DNA from: Penicillus capitatus
Lineage: Eukaryota; Plantae; Chlorophyta
Direction of reading: 5' to 3'
NCBI GenBank assembly: GCA_965649825.1
Contig: OZ287696.1
Location: 849,101-913,100, forward strand
Length of the DNA: 64,000 bases
The position numbers and the translations under genes are program-made. Under the pieces are notes generated by a model. That model saw only the letters and a list, made by a program, of their open reading frames with translations. It did no database searches and had not been told where the DNA came from. Of this stretch, positions 25,097-37,519 are shown one piece after another. Position 1 is the first letter of the stretch. The number at the start of each line of letters is the position of its first letter.

Positions 25097-25841
25097 CCTT
25101 GCTAACCATGGGCTGGTCTGCATGCTTCTTGCGCGTCTCCTCCTTCGACCTCCTCAGCCACTCCGGATCCGTCCCGCGTCGTACGCTCGTTCGCTCTCCA
25201 CTTCGGAGACTGTATCCTCCGTCCTGCGCGCAGCATGATGAGAGGGATCCCTGGCAGAAAGGATGGGTACCTCTTGGCAAACTTCTTCGGTCTCTTGTGT
25301 TTTGGCTTCCTGGCAGCTCGAGGTATGACTCTGCCGAGCCTTCTTCTTTTCTTGGTCTCCTTTGCATCTCTGGCAGCCGGCAAGCAGGACTCCATCAGCT
25401 GACGGTGCTGCGAGAAAACGGACTCCAGTCGCATCCAGTAAGCTTCGAGGCCCTCCGCCGTGTCGAGGGCGCATCGAACGTGCCTCCGGTGTGTCGGATT
25501 CGTTCGGTCGACTGCTTCGGGCTCCACGATGATTCCTACAAACGCGGTTGTTTAGCAGACTGTCTTTCGTCTGCGGAGGCGGCGATACCTGTGTCGTGTT
25601 CGATGAACCTCGAGGATTCCAGCAGCCACGCCCCGCTCGTGTTCGCGGAACGCTGCCCTCGATCAGCTGCAGCCGGCAGATGAGGTCGAGCAGATCCGCC
25701 AGCCGGTTGCGGGACAGCCGATCGACGAGGAGCTCGGGCTCCTTCGGCTGCACCTGGTCCATGCGCCGAGCGCGGCGGGCGGTGGACTCGATCCCCTCCG
25801 ACTCCTTGCTCATTCCCACCACCTGGAGGTGGAGATCGGCC

Positions 25842-26930
25842 GGGAAGGAGCTCTGGATCTGCCGGGTCTTGAGCTTCTTCCCAGACGCTGGGGAAGCACG
25901 ACTCGGCGGCGCAAGTGCTTCCCTCCGGCGCCGCAAAGCCGCCGGCCTTCCAGTTGCTGCTAGACACACACCCAAGTGAAACCGAACCAGAGAGAGACGG
26001 AGCACGTACCTTGTGACGAAGAACTTCTTGTGGTTGGAGGAGGCGACGGCTGCGTATCTGGCAAAGCGGCACGTCTTGGATTCGGCCGTGAAGGAGTCCC
26101 GGAGCTGCCGAGGGGTGAAGGCGTAGTCCACCGCGAGCAGTGGACGTGCTCCGTCGACCCCTTCTCCGCAGACGCCTCTTCTCTTGGCGAGGGTTGCGAT
26201 TCCCGGCGAAGGGATAGGTCTTGGACTCGTCCGGGAAGGAGTCCCAGAGCTGCCGGATCTTAAGCTTCTTCCCAGACGCTGGGGAAGCACGACTCGGCGG
26301 CGCAGGTGCTTCTCTCCTCCGCCGCAAAGCCGCCGGCATTCCAGTTGCTGCCAGACACACCCTATGTTAGACCGAACGAAAGAGAGGGAGCACGTACCTT
26401 GGTGACGCAGGGAATTCTTGTGACTGGTGGAGGCGACGGTTGCGTGTGCGGCGAAGCGGTGGGTCTTGGACGCGGCAGGGAAGGAGTCCCAAGAGCTGCC
26501 GAGGTGTAAAGGCGTAGTCCACCGCGAGCAGTGGACGTGCTCCGTCGACCCCTCCTCCTCAGACGCCTCTTCGCTTGGCGACGGTTGCGTGTCCCGGCGA
26601 AGGGGCAGGTCTTGGACTCGGCCGGGAAGGAGTCCCAGAGCTGCCGAGGGGTGAAGGCGTAGTCCACCGCGAGCAGTGGACGTGCTCCGTCGACCCCTCC
26701 TCCTCAGACGCCTCTTCGCTTGGCGACGGTTGCGTGTCCCGGCGAAGGGGCAGGTCTTGGACTCGGCCGGGAAGGAGTCCCAGAGCTGCCGGATCTTGAG
26801 CTTCTTCCCAGACGATGGGGAAGCACGACTCGGCGGCGCAGGTGCTTCTCTCCTCCGCCGCAAAGCCGCCGGCATTCCAGTTGCTGCCAGACACACCCCA
26901 TGTTAGACCGATCCAGAGAGAGAAAGAACA
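25842..26930. repeat. Nested tandem repeats of ~145-bp and ~245-bp units sharing the anchor GGGAAGGAGTCCCAGAGCTGCC
   Basis: Anchor variants at ~25842, 26088, 26233, 26478, 26624 and 26769. Confidence 0.9.
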
Positions 26931-27714
26931 CGTACCTTGGCGGCGAAGGATAAGTTCTTGTCGCTGGAGGACCGCGCCCGAATAAAGTTGTCGTCGAGGG
27001 GTCCTTGAGTGCGCGCTTGGGAAATCGGCGCACAGTCCGGAAAAGCAGAAATGCGAAAACTGGTATGGCGTCGCGCGTTTTGTAGTCGAGGATGTGACAT
27101 TTTCAGCAAATTCGACCGCGGTTAGCCAATCAGAATGCGCGATTCTCTTCGCGGCAGTCTGACGTCAGACGAAAATGGGCCGAACGTCACTTCGCTCGGC
27201 AGGCAACCTACCACATCTCCAGTGGACTGATCTCGAACGGAGAGACATCGAGACGATGAGGGTCGGCATGGCCTCTTCCAGGAAGACCAGATCTCTCGTC
27301 TTCTTGTGCTGCATGGGCAGGCGAATCTGCTCACTACACCCCTTTGCAACCGAGAGACGGATGGAGGCAAAGAGCATGGAGAATGTGACAGACCTTTGGT
27401 GAGTCTTCCCCGTCCCCGACCTCCTGAGACGCGTCGGGAAGCATCCCGGAGTGTACATAGGGTAGAACAGTGAACTGCCTGCGACTTCTTACTCGAGCGC
27501 TTCGGCGCGTCCTCTCGCTATGAAGATTTGGAAGTCGTCGTGGTGGATGTTGACGAGGGACTTCCGTATGAGCGTCTTCAGTTCTGTCCCCAGTCGACGA
27601 CAGCCGTTGATGGGAAGCTCTTCCTCGAGCAAGCTCCAGAAGCGACTCAGAGAGCAACCTTGCATCGGAGCACGCGTTAAGCCTTCGTGCGATAACGCAT
27701 TCGTCGAGACGACG

Positions 27715-28050
27715 ACCCGATCTCTGAAAAACAGAGCGTGAGAGAAAAGGAAGGATCCATGAGAGGTTGGTGCTTGCTGCCTTTGGTGCTGTCTCATCCA
27801 CTGTCCCAGAATCTCTTCCGAACGTCCGTGCGTTTCTGAACATTGTGGGACCGGGTACATCTCTGCGGTGTCGAAGAGCGTGACGCCGTTCTCGAATGCA
27901 AAGTCCAGCAACGCAAAAGACTCCTCATGAGTGTGATGGGATCCCATCGTCATGGTCCCTGTCACCAATCGCCTTTTGACCCCTCCCCACCATCTCACGA
28001 GGAATACCCAACGAGAGCTTCGAAACTGGCAGATCGTGGTCGGACAGTCA
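27715..28050 (-). pseudogene. 5' fragment of a Tas-like aldo-keto reductase, truncated
   Basis: DLPVSKLSL|GTMTMG..LLDFAFENGVTLFDTAEMYPVP..GRSEEILGQW..RDRVVVST, then unrelated sequence; an in-frame TGA lies just upstream of the motif. Confidence 0.8.
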
Positions 28051-28365
28051 GCTGTTGCGAATCCAGTGACCGTCGCACGTCTCGCACCACCGATCATGCG
28101 CTCCTCCAGACGCAACCGCCGTTCCTCTGAACAATCGACGAAGGGTCGGGTCCCTTGACTCGCAAGGGACGTACGCATCATGGGTCTCTCGGCCAAGGGG
28201 CCGCAGAACGATCGCCGTACATTCATCGGATCCATCAACTGCCGCTGATCGAACGCTTCAGACCAGTCTCGTCGCGTACGACTCGGACGAGCCATTTTCG
28301 TTGAAGTGGCCGTTCTGACGCTGCTCATCGTCGCCGATCTCGTTCACACCGACAACGGCGTCTTC

Positions 28366-29557
28366 ATGTCGGATTGGGTGCAGGAAATCGAGTCGCTCGT
28401 GGGAGATCGCCGAGAGGTGACTTTGTCGACGACTTTCTGCGACATCTGCTCAGACGACGTGCTGACTAGACGGTGTCCTGCAAGTGGCTGAGGGAGAACT
28501 TCAACATACCAATTGACTTTGCCAAGAAGTACGTGTCCTCGCCCGACGCTACGACATTTCGCGTTTCTGGCGAGGAGATATGCAAAACACTCTCCTTGCT
28601 TGACAGGATTCTCTTTGAGGCATTCGAGCGACACGCCCCTCGCTGCGATGCCGTCTTCTGCGTCGTCGGTGTGATGCATTCTTCGGACGGTCGAAGCATT
28701 CAACTCGTCAAGCATGAAGATCTGACAGGTGTGGATCGCACACAAGACCGCATACACAGCTCATTGCTCTGTCCTCAGCGTGTTTGAAGAAGTACAGAAG
28801 AGTGAGCTCCGTACACATACAGTGGTAATGCCGTTGGACACGACTGGCTGCTTCGAGTCAATCGGATCCCGTTGCTTGCAGTCTGGGTCCGAAGAACAGT
28901 ATCTCTGTGATTAACTTGGTCAACATGAAGGGCAGCGAGCTCGAGTGCTTTTTCGAGAAACTTCGACTGGGACCCTCTGCTACGTCCGTCAAGACTGAAG
29001 GCGAGTCTCGGGGAAAGGAGATGGATGACATGACATCGTGTTCTGTTGTGCAGCATCGACGGAGATGAAAGCGACAGAGGTTAGAAGGGCTTCGAGAGAA
29101 ATGGCATCGCGTAAGAAGGCGTCCAACTCGATCGATGAGAGCGAGTTGACAAGTCCATCGAAGAGACAGATCAAAGACCGAAACGAAACGGGCTTTGGCG
29201 ATCGGATGGTCAAACGGCGACCTTCAGACGAGAAAAAAGATTCCGCAAAGAAGGCAAAGAAGACCAAAGTGAAAACCAGCTTCTATCCCCACAGCTAAGC
29301 GTATGCGATGTGCCTGTCAGATCAAGCACGAAGAGGGCATCGACACAGGAGTAGAAACAGCAGACCGTGCGGAGACAGACGTGAAAAAGGAGATCGTCAC
29401 TCATGCACGTGCGATCTTACAAAGCAATTCATGTGTGAGAGATGCTCGAGTGGGATGGATTGTAGGGAGAGAATCTGAGAGGATTCGATCGAGTATTCGG
29501 CATTTGAGCAAGGAAAAGAAACAGACGTCTCTCGCGTCGTTTTTCTCGAAGAAATGA
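28366..29557 (+). CDS. POLD3: DNA polymerase delta subunit 3 (CDC27), multi-exon
   Basis: N-terminal VSCKWL..NIP...AKK winged-helix motif, Lys-rich tail and C-terminal PIP box KQTSLASFFSKK; internal exon borders are approximate. Confidence 0.75.
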
Positions 29558-29581
29558 AAAAATGTGTGGCAGTGAGATTGA

Positions 29582-30460
29582 TCATGACGACTTTGCTTTC
29601 CCATCTGCTTCGAGTAGTGCATTCATGTGAAACCAAACTGTCCAAGACTCAACGTAGAGTGCACACAAACGCCCGATGGCCAAAATCGCGCCAAGAACGC
29701 TGTGCGAAGGCCATGCTTCTGGGAGATACCTGCCATCCACTTTGGTTTTGGATCATCCCAACTGGCGATGCGTACTTTCGGCTGTAGATCCATAGAGGAA
29801 ATCCCATGAGGCCACAAATCGTGAAAGCACCCAGCGGTGTCTTGAACCCGTTCCGTAGGACGGCCTAAATGCATGACGTCTGTCTCATGGGATGGCACGA
29901 GTGGACTCCACCTGGACAAAGGATGGCGATTGAGCATAGTACGTCGTCTTCCACTCCGACCCACCTCGCTACCAAAAAGAATGAGTCTTATTGAAGTTGT
30001 GTCTATCACGTTGCCTACGCTGTGAATGCAGACAAAGACGAGCATCTCCATGAGGATGGGCATTGCAGAATAGGGTGCATCTAGACTACTGACCCACAGC
30101 ACTCCACGTGCAGCATTGTCAATCAACACATCGAGAAACGCCCCGAAACCTGAAGTCTATGACAGACAAACACAAAACGGCCATGTGCATTGCACGCTAT
30201 ATTCCAAGGCAGCACCTGGTTGAGAGCACGTGCTAATGCTCCATCAACATAATCGAGTGAAAACTGAACCACACTGAACCACAAGACGGCGGCGTAATGG
30301 TGTCTTATCTGACAGAAACACGTGTAGAGCAATAACACGATGCGTCCATAGCCGACGAGGTTCGGGACAAACCACACAACCTAGAAACATGGGATATGGG
30401 TTGCTGTGATGCAGCGCCGTCGTTGATGATCACTTTGTGTTGTGTCCCGGTATCGTTCAT
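29582..30460 (-). CDS. CDP-alcohol phosphatidyltransferase (phosphatidylinositol synthase-like)
   Basis: WFVPNLVGYGR and LDYVDGALARALNQ..FGAFLDVLID signature; GT-AG introns give a continuous frame. Confidence 0.85.
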
Positions 30461-30546
30461 TTTCCGTCTTGTCACTCCAATTGCATCCGAGTCCCTATAC
30501 GCTCATCGTGTCCAGTGTCTAAACAGAAGCATTTGTCAGTATCGCG

Positions 30547-31596
30547 ATGGGCAAGAGATGGCGTCGGTTTAGTGAACGCGTCATCAAGGCCCTGGTATTG
30601 CTGCCTCCATCGTAAGGGATATATCTGTAGGTCCGCCAACGCGTAGTTGCTCCACATTTTCAACCAGCATCGACGGAGCGTAACCAGATGATGTTTCGTG
30701 AAGCCACGACGTATTTCTATCATTTCAAAGCGGTCATCAAAAGAGTAGCACGTCTCATGAAGGACTATGAAGGTGAGATAGGAGACAGAGAATGGAAGAG
30801 AGGCGGTGCTGTCTGTGTATACAGATATGACAGACACCATCTATAGACTATTGCAATGTCGTGTCCCTCGTATGTACACCGTCGAATCGGATGGAAGCGT
30901 CAATGCCGAAATGAGGGACGGAGATACTTGCCTCGGAACAGGCGTGCAGACAAATCGATTGGCCACATCGACGCAGGCTTTACAGAGACGCATGTCCGAA
31001 GAAGTCATCTCGACGCTGCAACAGTGGTTCAAAAGCTACGAACGATGCAAAGTGGGTCCCAAAGTGGAATGGACGTGAGATGATGATGGATGACAACATC
31101 TCAGGTGTCGCTGAGCGATCTTGAAGAGCTGAAATTTGAATTGGATTCCCGACGCCGCACGGTCATCTCATTGGACGAGAAATGCACTTCACACGAAGGA
31201 AAGCTGAAAGAAGGCGATGCCAGTCAGGAACTGTCTCTCGCCACGACATCGGAAAAGCTGAAACATAAAGAGCGCAAATATGATCTCTGTTTGGCCGAGT
31301 TTCAACACAAAGAGGAAGATCTGAACCAAACTCTGAGGGCACTGCTGTCGGAGGTCCGATCACTGGCAGAGCTCATTGGGCATCTCTATCAGATACTGAG
31401 CGATGCACCGAGCGATGCGCATCGAGCCTTTAAAGAGGGGACGTCGTTAGCAGTCCAGCCACCTGTTCATAGCACACGGCACGAAATAAAGCGAAGCCCC
31501 GAAACGGAGTCCGTTGTGCAAGCGGATCCGTCCAATCCCTTTTTGTCGATGATATCTGATTCGCCGCCATCTGTCCCCCGTGTGACAACCATCTGA
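30547..31596 (+). CDS. Coiled-coil protein, BAR-domain-like
   Basis: Helical heptad segments (LEELKFELDSRRRTV..KYDLCLAEFQHKEEDL) across spliced exons; the 5' exons are uncertain. Confidence 0.45.
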
Positions 31597-32251
31597 TGCT
31601 CTGTTGCTCTTTCTCTTATCACAGTTAAGCAGACCTTATGCAGCTCTTCGTATTTTGATTCGATTTCTCACACTCACTGTGCATCCATCACCACTAGTCC
31701 ATGTACGAGGAGGCCTTTACGAGTATGGCGGAAAAAGATTCTGTTGTGGACCCGTTCGTTATGTAAAGAATGAAAAAGCCTCCATTGAGACGCTCCTCCT
31801 TCACCATACCTAGCCAGATGTACAAACCCCAGATTCCATGCACTCCATACTTTCGGCCGGCAGCCTCCGATATCGATCGATCATATGTCGATACTGCGAG
31901 ACGGGTAGCAGGTTTGGCTCTGGTTGCAGCATCGGCGGCTCGTTTGTTTTGGTATGTCTACGGAATACCCGGCCGTTTGGAGTTAAGAGCGACCGCAGGT
32001 GATTCACACAACGACCGTGCAGAACACGAAAACGCATCCTGGACAGTGTACGTCCCTTTCCGCGTTGCACCTTTCCCTTCAGCACTGACGCGATTCGCAA
32101 CCTTCTGAGCCCGACCCCTTCATTATTCGTCTGTCGTTAAGTCGCTCCATTTTGAGCTCTCTGACGGTTTCCTCCAAACCGTCTTTTCATCGAAGCACGC
32201 CCCAAGAGAACACTTGCTCGTGAATCCTGTGACCGTTGCCTTTGCCGACAA

Positions 32252-34818
32252 ATGGCTTTTCTTCTGCCATTTTTTACGGCTCTACTATTGTTGGTTTGCC
32301 AGGACGTCACCTCGGATAGTCACACAACGAGCGTCGTCAGCGACTGCGCCGAACTTCAGGATGCTCTGAACAAGAACCACGTGACAAAAGTCATCGTGCA
32401 CGGCGCCATTCGCTGCACCCGTGACGATTGGCAGGTTCCTGCTATTGTCCGTCGAAGCCTTGAAATCACAGGAGACCCGGCCGAAACGAACACCTCTTGG
32501 GCAGACAGGGGATCCATCGACTGGACAGACACAAGCCATGTCGTCATTGCAGAGCGCGCCTCGCTCTCCATTCACGATTTGGTGATCAAGCAGGACGACT
32601 TGGGGGTTGGCGGAATTAATCTGGCATTCATTCATGCACGAGAAGGGTCAGCCGCTGTCCTGTCTGGCATTGTACTCATGGTCGAACGCTGTTCGAAACC
32701 TGTCTGGGAATATGATGAACTGATTGATAAAATTCGTCGTCCGGATTTTCTGGCAGGAGATCAAAGGACGCAGGCACTAGGGAGCACCGTCCTTCTGCTG
32801 CAGGACGTTGCCATCTGGTGGCCATTTCTTGAATCCGTCTGGCAATTGTGTAACTCCGTCATCTTCTGTCTGGATGACTATCGTGGGGAGATCCGTGTCG
32901 AAGACTATTACTTGAGTGGATTGGTCGTCAATAACTGTGCAAAAGTGGTCGAACCGACATCCACCGCTATTGCTTTGCTTAACGCATCGAGTCCTTTTCT
33001 CAACGATCGAGTGCCGGAAGCAACGAATGAAGCGGAAGAAGAGCAGGCGGAGAGAAAAAGTGACACGGTGACCACGATTATCATTGTGGCTGTTGTGACT
33101 GGAGTGATCCTCTGTATCACGATCGCCGTTTCGATCAAGTGCATTCGCTGCGGGGGCCCGCGACCCGATGATCCATCCAATCGTTCGAGAAAGGATCACA
33201 GTTCGATGGGAGACACCTCCCCACGAGGTAATCGCCCCTCTGTCAGCAACACAAAGCGCCTTATGCGCACTGTCATCTAGCCGATGGCACAAGCTCGAGA
33301 TATCTGTCCAACAAGAACGACATGGATTTGGATTTCTTCGAGAGGGGTATCAATGTCCCTCTACAGGATGTCGTTATTGGAAGCCTCTTGGGCCGAGGCG
33401 GATTCGGTAAAGTTTACAAAGGTGACTGAGATTCGTTGCTCCGCAATGCGTGATCTCATTGGAGAGATGCGATTGGATGACAGGGACGTGGAAAGGAACG
33501 GCTGTTGCTATCAAGGTTATTGAACATGGCGAGTGTCTGCTTCAGAACGAGCTCAAGCTTCCCTTCGAAGCGTACCTCAGTCGACATATATCCCATCCGA
33601 ATGTGGTAGGTCTCCCCTCCACCTCTTCTGCTATGATGGCTCGGTGGTCATCCATTTCAGGTACAGACGTTTCTCATATACACGAGACAGAGAGACAGTC
33701 CAAACGGCATCACTGTGGATACACTGGATCTCCATGCAGATTCACCATGTTCTGGAAAAAAGAGTGCTTCTGCACCGTCTTTGGATATTTTCAGTCATAT
33801 GGCATCTCCAGACGTCTCGGGCCGCGATGGAGGAGATATCTTCCAGACGTGGTTGGTTCTGGAGTTCTGCGATCGTGGATCTCTGTCTCGATCGATTCGG
33901 AAAGGAGATCTCTGTCATCGAGACACAGCGGAACCGCTGCTGGATCATATCCTGCTCTCCGCCTTGGACGTTGCAAATGCCATGAACTATTTGCACTCGC
34001 TGGGAATTACCCACGGTGATCTCAAGGCTCAGAATGTCTTGCTGAAGAGTGCCAGCACAGATCGTCGTGGGTTTTTCTGCAAAGTCAGCGATTTTGGATT
34101 GAGTCGGTATATTGGGAACGATGACCATTTACAGACATTTACATACGGCACCATTACGCACATGCCACCAGAACTGCTCAAGAATGGCGTTTTTTCAACG
34201 GCGGTCGATGTATATTCGTTTGGAATTCTGCTCTGGGAGTTGCTGGCAACAACACCTCCGTATCCAGAGAACAATCCTGGACATATTCTGATGACAGTCG
34301 TCCATGAAGGAAGACGACCACAAATCACAGATCGATACCCTCAGATGTATGCAGATTTGATTAAGGATTGCTGGAAGCAAGATGCTGCAGAACGACCGAA
34401 GTTCGTACAGATCGTGCGTCGGTTGAAAGGAATGTTGGCAGACTTGGAGATCGGCAACAGTTGCCTCAGAAACGTTAATGACTCGGCCACCTCACAAGAG
34501 GCAATTGCTCGAGATAGACTAGTGGAGGAAGAAGAACCTTCTAGGGCGACAACAACAGCAGAAGACTTATCGCCGACGATCCCGGACACCACCCCATCAG
34601 CACTACCATCGTATCGAAATCTGCCGCCCAATGCGATGATCGTCACCGATCCCACGTCATGCCGTATAAGAGAAGCGCAGCGAGAGCGAAACGGCGGCTT
34701 ATCGATTGAGCTTCCACGTTCAAGACGGCAGTGTTCTTTGGGATCCGCAGCAACAGCACTTGCCACCAGTCCAGAATCCGTAGTGCATTCCTTTGCTGAT
34801 ACACATCAGGTTACCTAG
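32252..34818 (+). CDS. Single-pass receptor-like TKL protein kinase (signal peptide, ectodomain, TM, kinase)
   Basis: Hydrophobic N-terminus, TM IIIVAVVTGVILCITIAVSI, and GRGGFGKVYKG, VAIK, HGDLKAQNVLL, DFG, HMPPE, DVYSFG; three short GT-AG introns join the frames. Confidence 0.92.
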
Positions 34819-35146
34819 TTTGATGATGAACCGCATTTATTCACCGAGATTTTAATTTCTTTGCGTGCATTTGCAGATCTCTGACTGTTATCAAGTTTGT
34901 ACCGGCTCTGACTGAGTGTTTTTCTTGTCTTTTTGTTCTATGCCTTGCCAGTGCCACCGAATGGATCTGGATGTGTGTTTTTTGGTCTATGGTTCAAGTG
35001 GTAGGTGTATTATTAACGGTATGAACATCGGTCAGCATTCACTCCGTTAATAATAGAAGGGCACAATTCACCGTCATCCTGTTCTGCTCATAAATGGCAG
35101 ATTGCGTCGGGGAACAGATTCTATACGTTAGGCCGATTCCATTCCC

Positions 35147-35875
35147 TTAACTAAGAAATAAAGCACGACATTGCCGCATCGTTTCAGCTGGATCTTTGAC
35201 ATAGTGCCCGATCGTACGTTCTGATGTGAAAATCTCATAGTCGTTTCCTCCTTCGTATGTCTTATCGCCGAAGAAATGCACTTCCTCAAACTCCTCAAGG
35301 AAACGGAGACAGTAGGTCTTGTCCCAACCGATAGGGAACACATCGAAACTGATCTGCCCCCCAATCGAAAATTTCAGCCCATCATCTGCAAACTCCTTCT
35401 CCAGTACCGTCACCATCTTCTTGCGAATCTTTGCCTCTCGATCGTAGGCCTCGAAGGCATCGCGCTCTTCCTGACTGCAATTCCGTCCAATGGGCGAGAC
35501 ATTCAACATACCGTTACGAAACTCAATGAATGTCCCGCGCTTGACAGGGATATCCAATTCCGATAGGTACTTCAGGATGTAGTTGATGAAGGACTTGAGT
35601 TTTGCCTCGCCTAGATGGGCCTTGAGGCTCTGCGTGGCGATGAGCTCACCTCCCTTGTAGGCAACAAGGCCATTCTCTGCAAAGAGATAGTCATACTGTT
35701 TCTCGGCCGACGATCCGAGCTGTTCACGGATCTTGGACAGATCTGAACCGCCCACGATTCCAATGGGCACGATGGACCGAAGGGTCTGGAGAAACTCAAG
35801 CATCTCGCCATCGGCCTTCTGACGTGGTAAGGTGAGTGTCCCGTCCACATCGAACAACGCAATCCGCTTTGCCAT
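35147..35875 (-). CDS. PMM: Phosphomannomutase (HAD family), intronless
   Basis: [64 protein letters not shown]. Confidence 0.97.
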   Translation of the reverse strand: MAKRIALFDVDGTLTLPRQKADGEMLEFLQTLRSIVPIGIVGGSDLSKIREQLGSSAEKQYDYLFAENGLVAYKGGELIATQSLKAHLGEAKLKSFINYILKYLSELDIPVKRGTFIEFRNGMLNVSPIGRNCSQEERDAFEAYDREAKIRKKMVTVLEKEFADDGLKFSIGGQISFDVFPIGWDKTYCLRFLEEFEEVHFFGDKTYEGGNDYEIFTSERTIGHYVKDPAETMRQCRALFLS

Positions 35876-35955
35876 TCGACCCACCACCGATGCCGAAAGA
35901 AAACGAACGAACGAACACGCAGGCGCGAACGGGGATCAACACACACAGAGGGATA

Positions 35956-37504
35956 TTAAACGGACGGTGGTGGTGGTGACTGTCGTTGATGAGATGGCAT
36001 ATCAGACGACGTCTCTTCCTGTGGCTCTACAACCGCTGTCAATTCAGTTTCTTTCCCATCTGGCGGAAACGGAACAGAATCAGAACTGGCCAAGAGATTC
36101 GCACGGTCATGGCAACGTGTCGTCTCTTCTCCTATCTTCACAAAGGTACGAGTTCGGACTGTCTTTCTAAGGCACAAAGGGATGCCGATTGTGAAGTATG
36201 GGACGACGGAGATCGTTACTTGTTGGGTTTCTCTGTCGTATCGTCACTGTAGAGGACATAATCGTGATACTGAGGAGCAAATTGATGGACGGTGTCAGAG
36301 ACCACGTCTCGAATACTGATGGCATGACGCACATTACCGGCGCCAAGATTCGCCTCCATGCCCGATAGCTTGTACTCGTGGTAGGGGAAAGCGTAGAGCA
36401 GCAGAATAGCAGCGAAGAGCATTTCCAAACAGATCAGGAAATTCTGCAGATCCTTTGCAGCTTCGGCTGAATCCAGATAACCCGATGAAGCCATCAAAGA
36501 AATCACAAGGCCCTAGGATCACCCAACGATCACACTTATGCATCAACTTCGACAAAGTGTGACACATCATTACCTGCCAGAAGGTCAGGAAAACCACGGC
36601 CTTGATGAGGACAAATTTCAGAAGGGGTTTGAAGGGTGCAAGCAGTGGCTCGGTTCCTTGATAGAAAACCATCAGAGCATACAGCGCCAGTGTATAGCAG
36701 ATGTTGTACAGCACTTGCACCCACAGATACCTGATCACACATCTGTCACATCAACGCGACATTGAGATACCATACCCGTTGCCGACTCCCCAGTCGCCTT
36801 CTTCATAACGGCGTTCGTTGTTTCCATCTCTTATGTTGTAGAGAACCAACGTTACGAGTGCCAGAATGGGTTTGACTAGAATAAACTGCAGGACCTAATG
36901 TTGCAATGCGTGCGTGTGTGCCTTGTTCACAGTAAAGCACAACATACTCCTTGTTTGCAGCGTCGCAAAAACTGTCCATCGATCGGAGCTCGTGGTAAAC
37001 AGCAGGTGCAGCATAACCAACTGGTCTCCAGCGCTCGGCCTTCACATTTAACTACCACTTCGCCTGGACCTCCCACATATGCTAAACATAGCGCCAGGAA
37101 ATTATACAATATCCACGCTTCATACCTAAAAAACGCCACTCAAGCCTGTCCACTTGGACGGAAAGAGATACAAATCGCGAAATGTATCAAAGTAGATGTG
37201 CTGGTGGTGAAAGACAAGAGAGAGGAACGAAGCTATCGCGTACAGAGGCACCATAAAGATAATCCGAACTATAAATCGCTACACTCCACGCCATCCTGTC
37301 GGTGTCCTGTCAGCCGAACAATAGATTACTTGAAAGACAGGCTCGGTATAGAATTTCAAGTGCATGATAATCTGTGGAACACGACAGAAGGTCAAATGGG
37401 CGCGATAGACGCAGATAGAGACACACCTGATTGAGAGAAATCCCGACAGAGACGCAAGAGAAGAGTGCGGCGATGACTTTCGCTGCAACGCTGTCGCTTA
37501 ACAT
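35956..37504 (-). CDS. TMEM184: TMEM184 / OSTalpha (DUF300) organic solute transporter family, multi-exon
   Basis: HLKFYTEPVFQ|RFIVRIIFMVP, YEAWILYNFLALCLAYVGGPG, KFVLIKAVVFLTFWQ, QNFLICLEMLFAA. Confidence 0.93.
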
Positions 37505-37519
37505 GGTTGCGTAACGCAC

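Larger units (their letters stand above)
24245..27223. repeat. Cassette A copy 2 (matches 37290-39400, with internal repeat expansion)
   Basis: Direct similarity to copies 1 and 3; shares the SPOC deletion with copy 3. Confidence 0.9.

Noticed and set aside
25154-26896. 580-aa Arg-rich ORF as a real gene
   Set aside because: It arises from GC-rich tandem repeats, and the homologous frame in copy 3 is broken.
25842-26930. CRISPR-like repeat-spacer array
   Set aside because: Spacers are 120-220 bp and homologous to one another, there are no cas genes, and the context is eukaryotic.
6720-27223. Cassettes A and B as autonomous transposons (Pack-MULE, Helitron, LTR)
   Set aside because: No transposase, Rep/helicase or RT motifs, and no terminal inverted repeats or target-site duplications seen; ends fall in host genes with microhomology.
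27560-27620. CRRLGTE as continuation of the AKR gene (cf. LRRLGTDYIDL)
   Set aside because: Surrounding residues do not fit the AKR core and the opposite strand looks more protein-like; probably coincidence.
31604-32108. Small gene between the BAR-like gene and the kinase
   Set aside because: Competing models on both strands, none with homology support.
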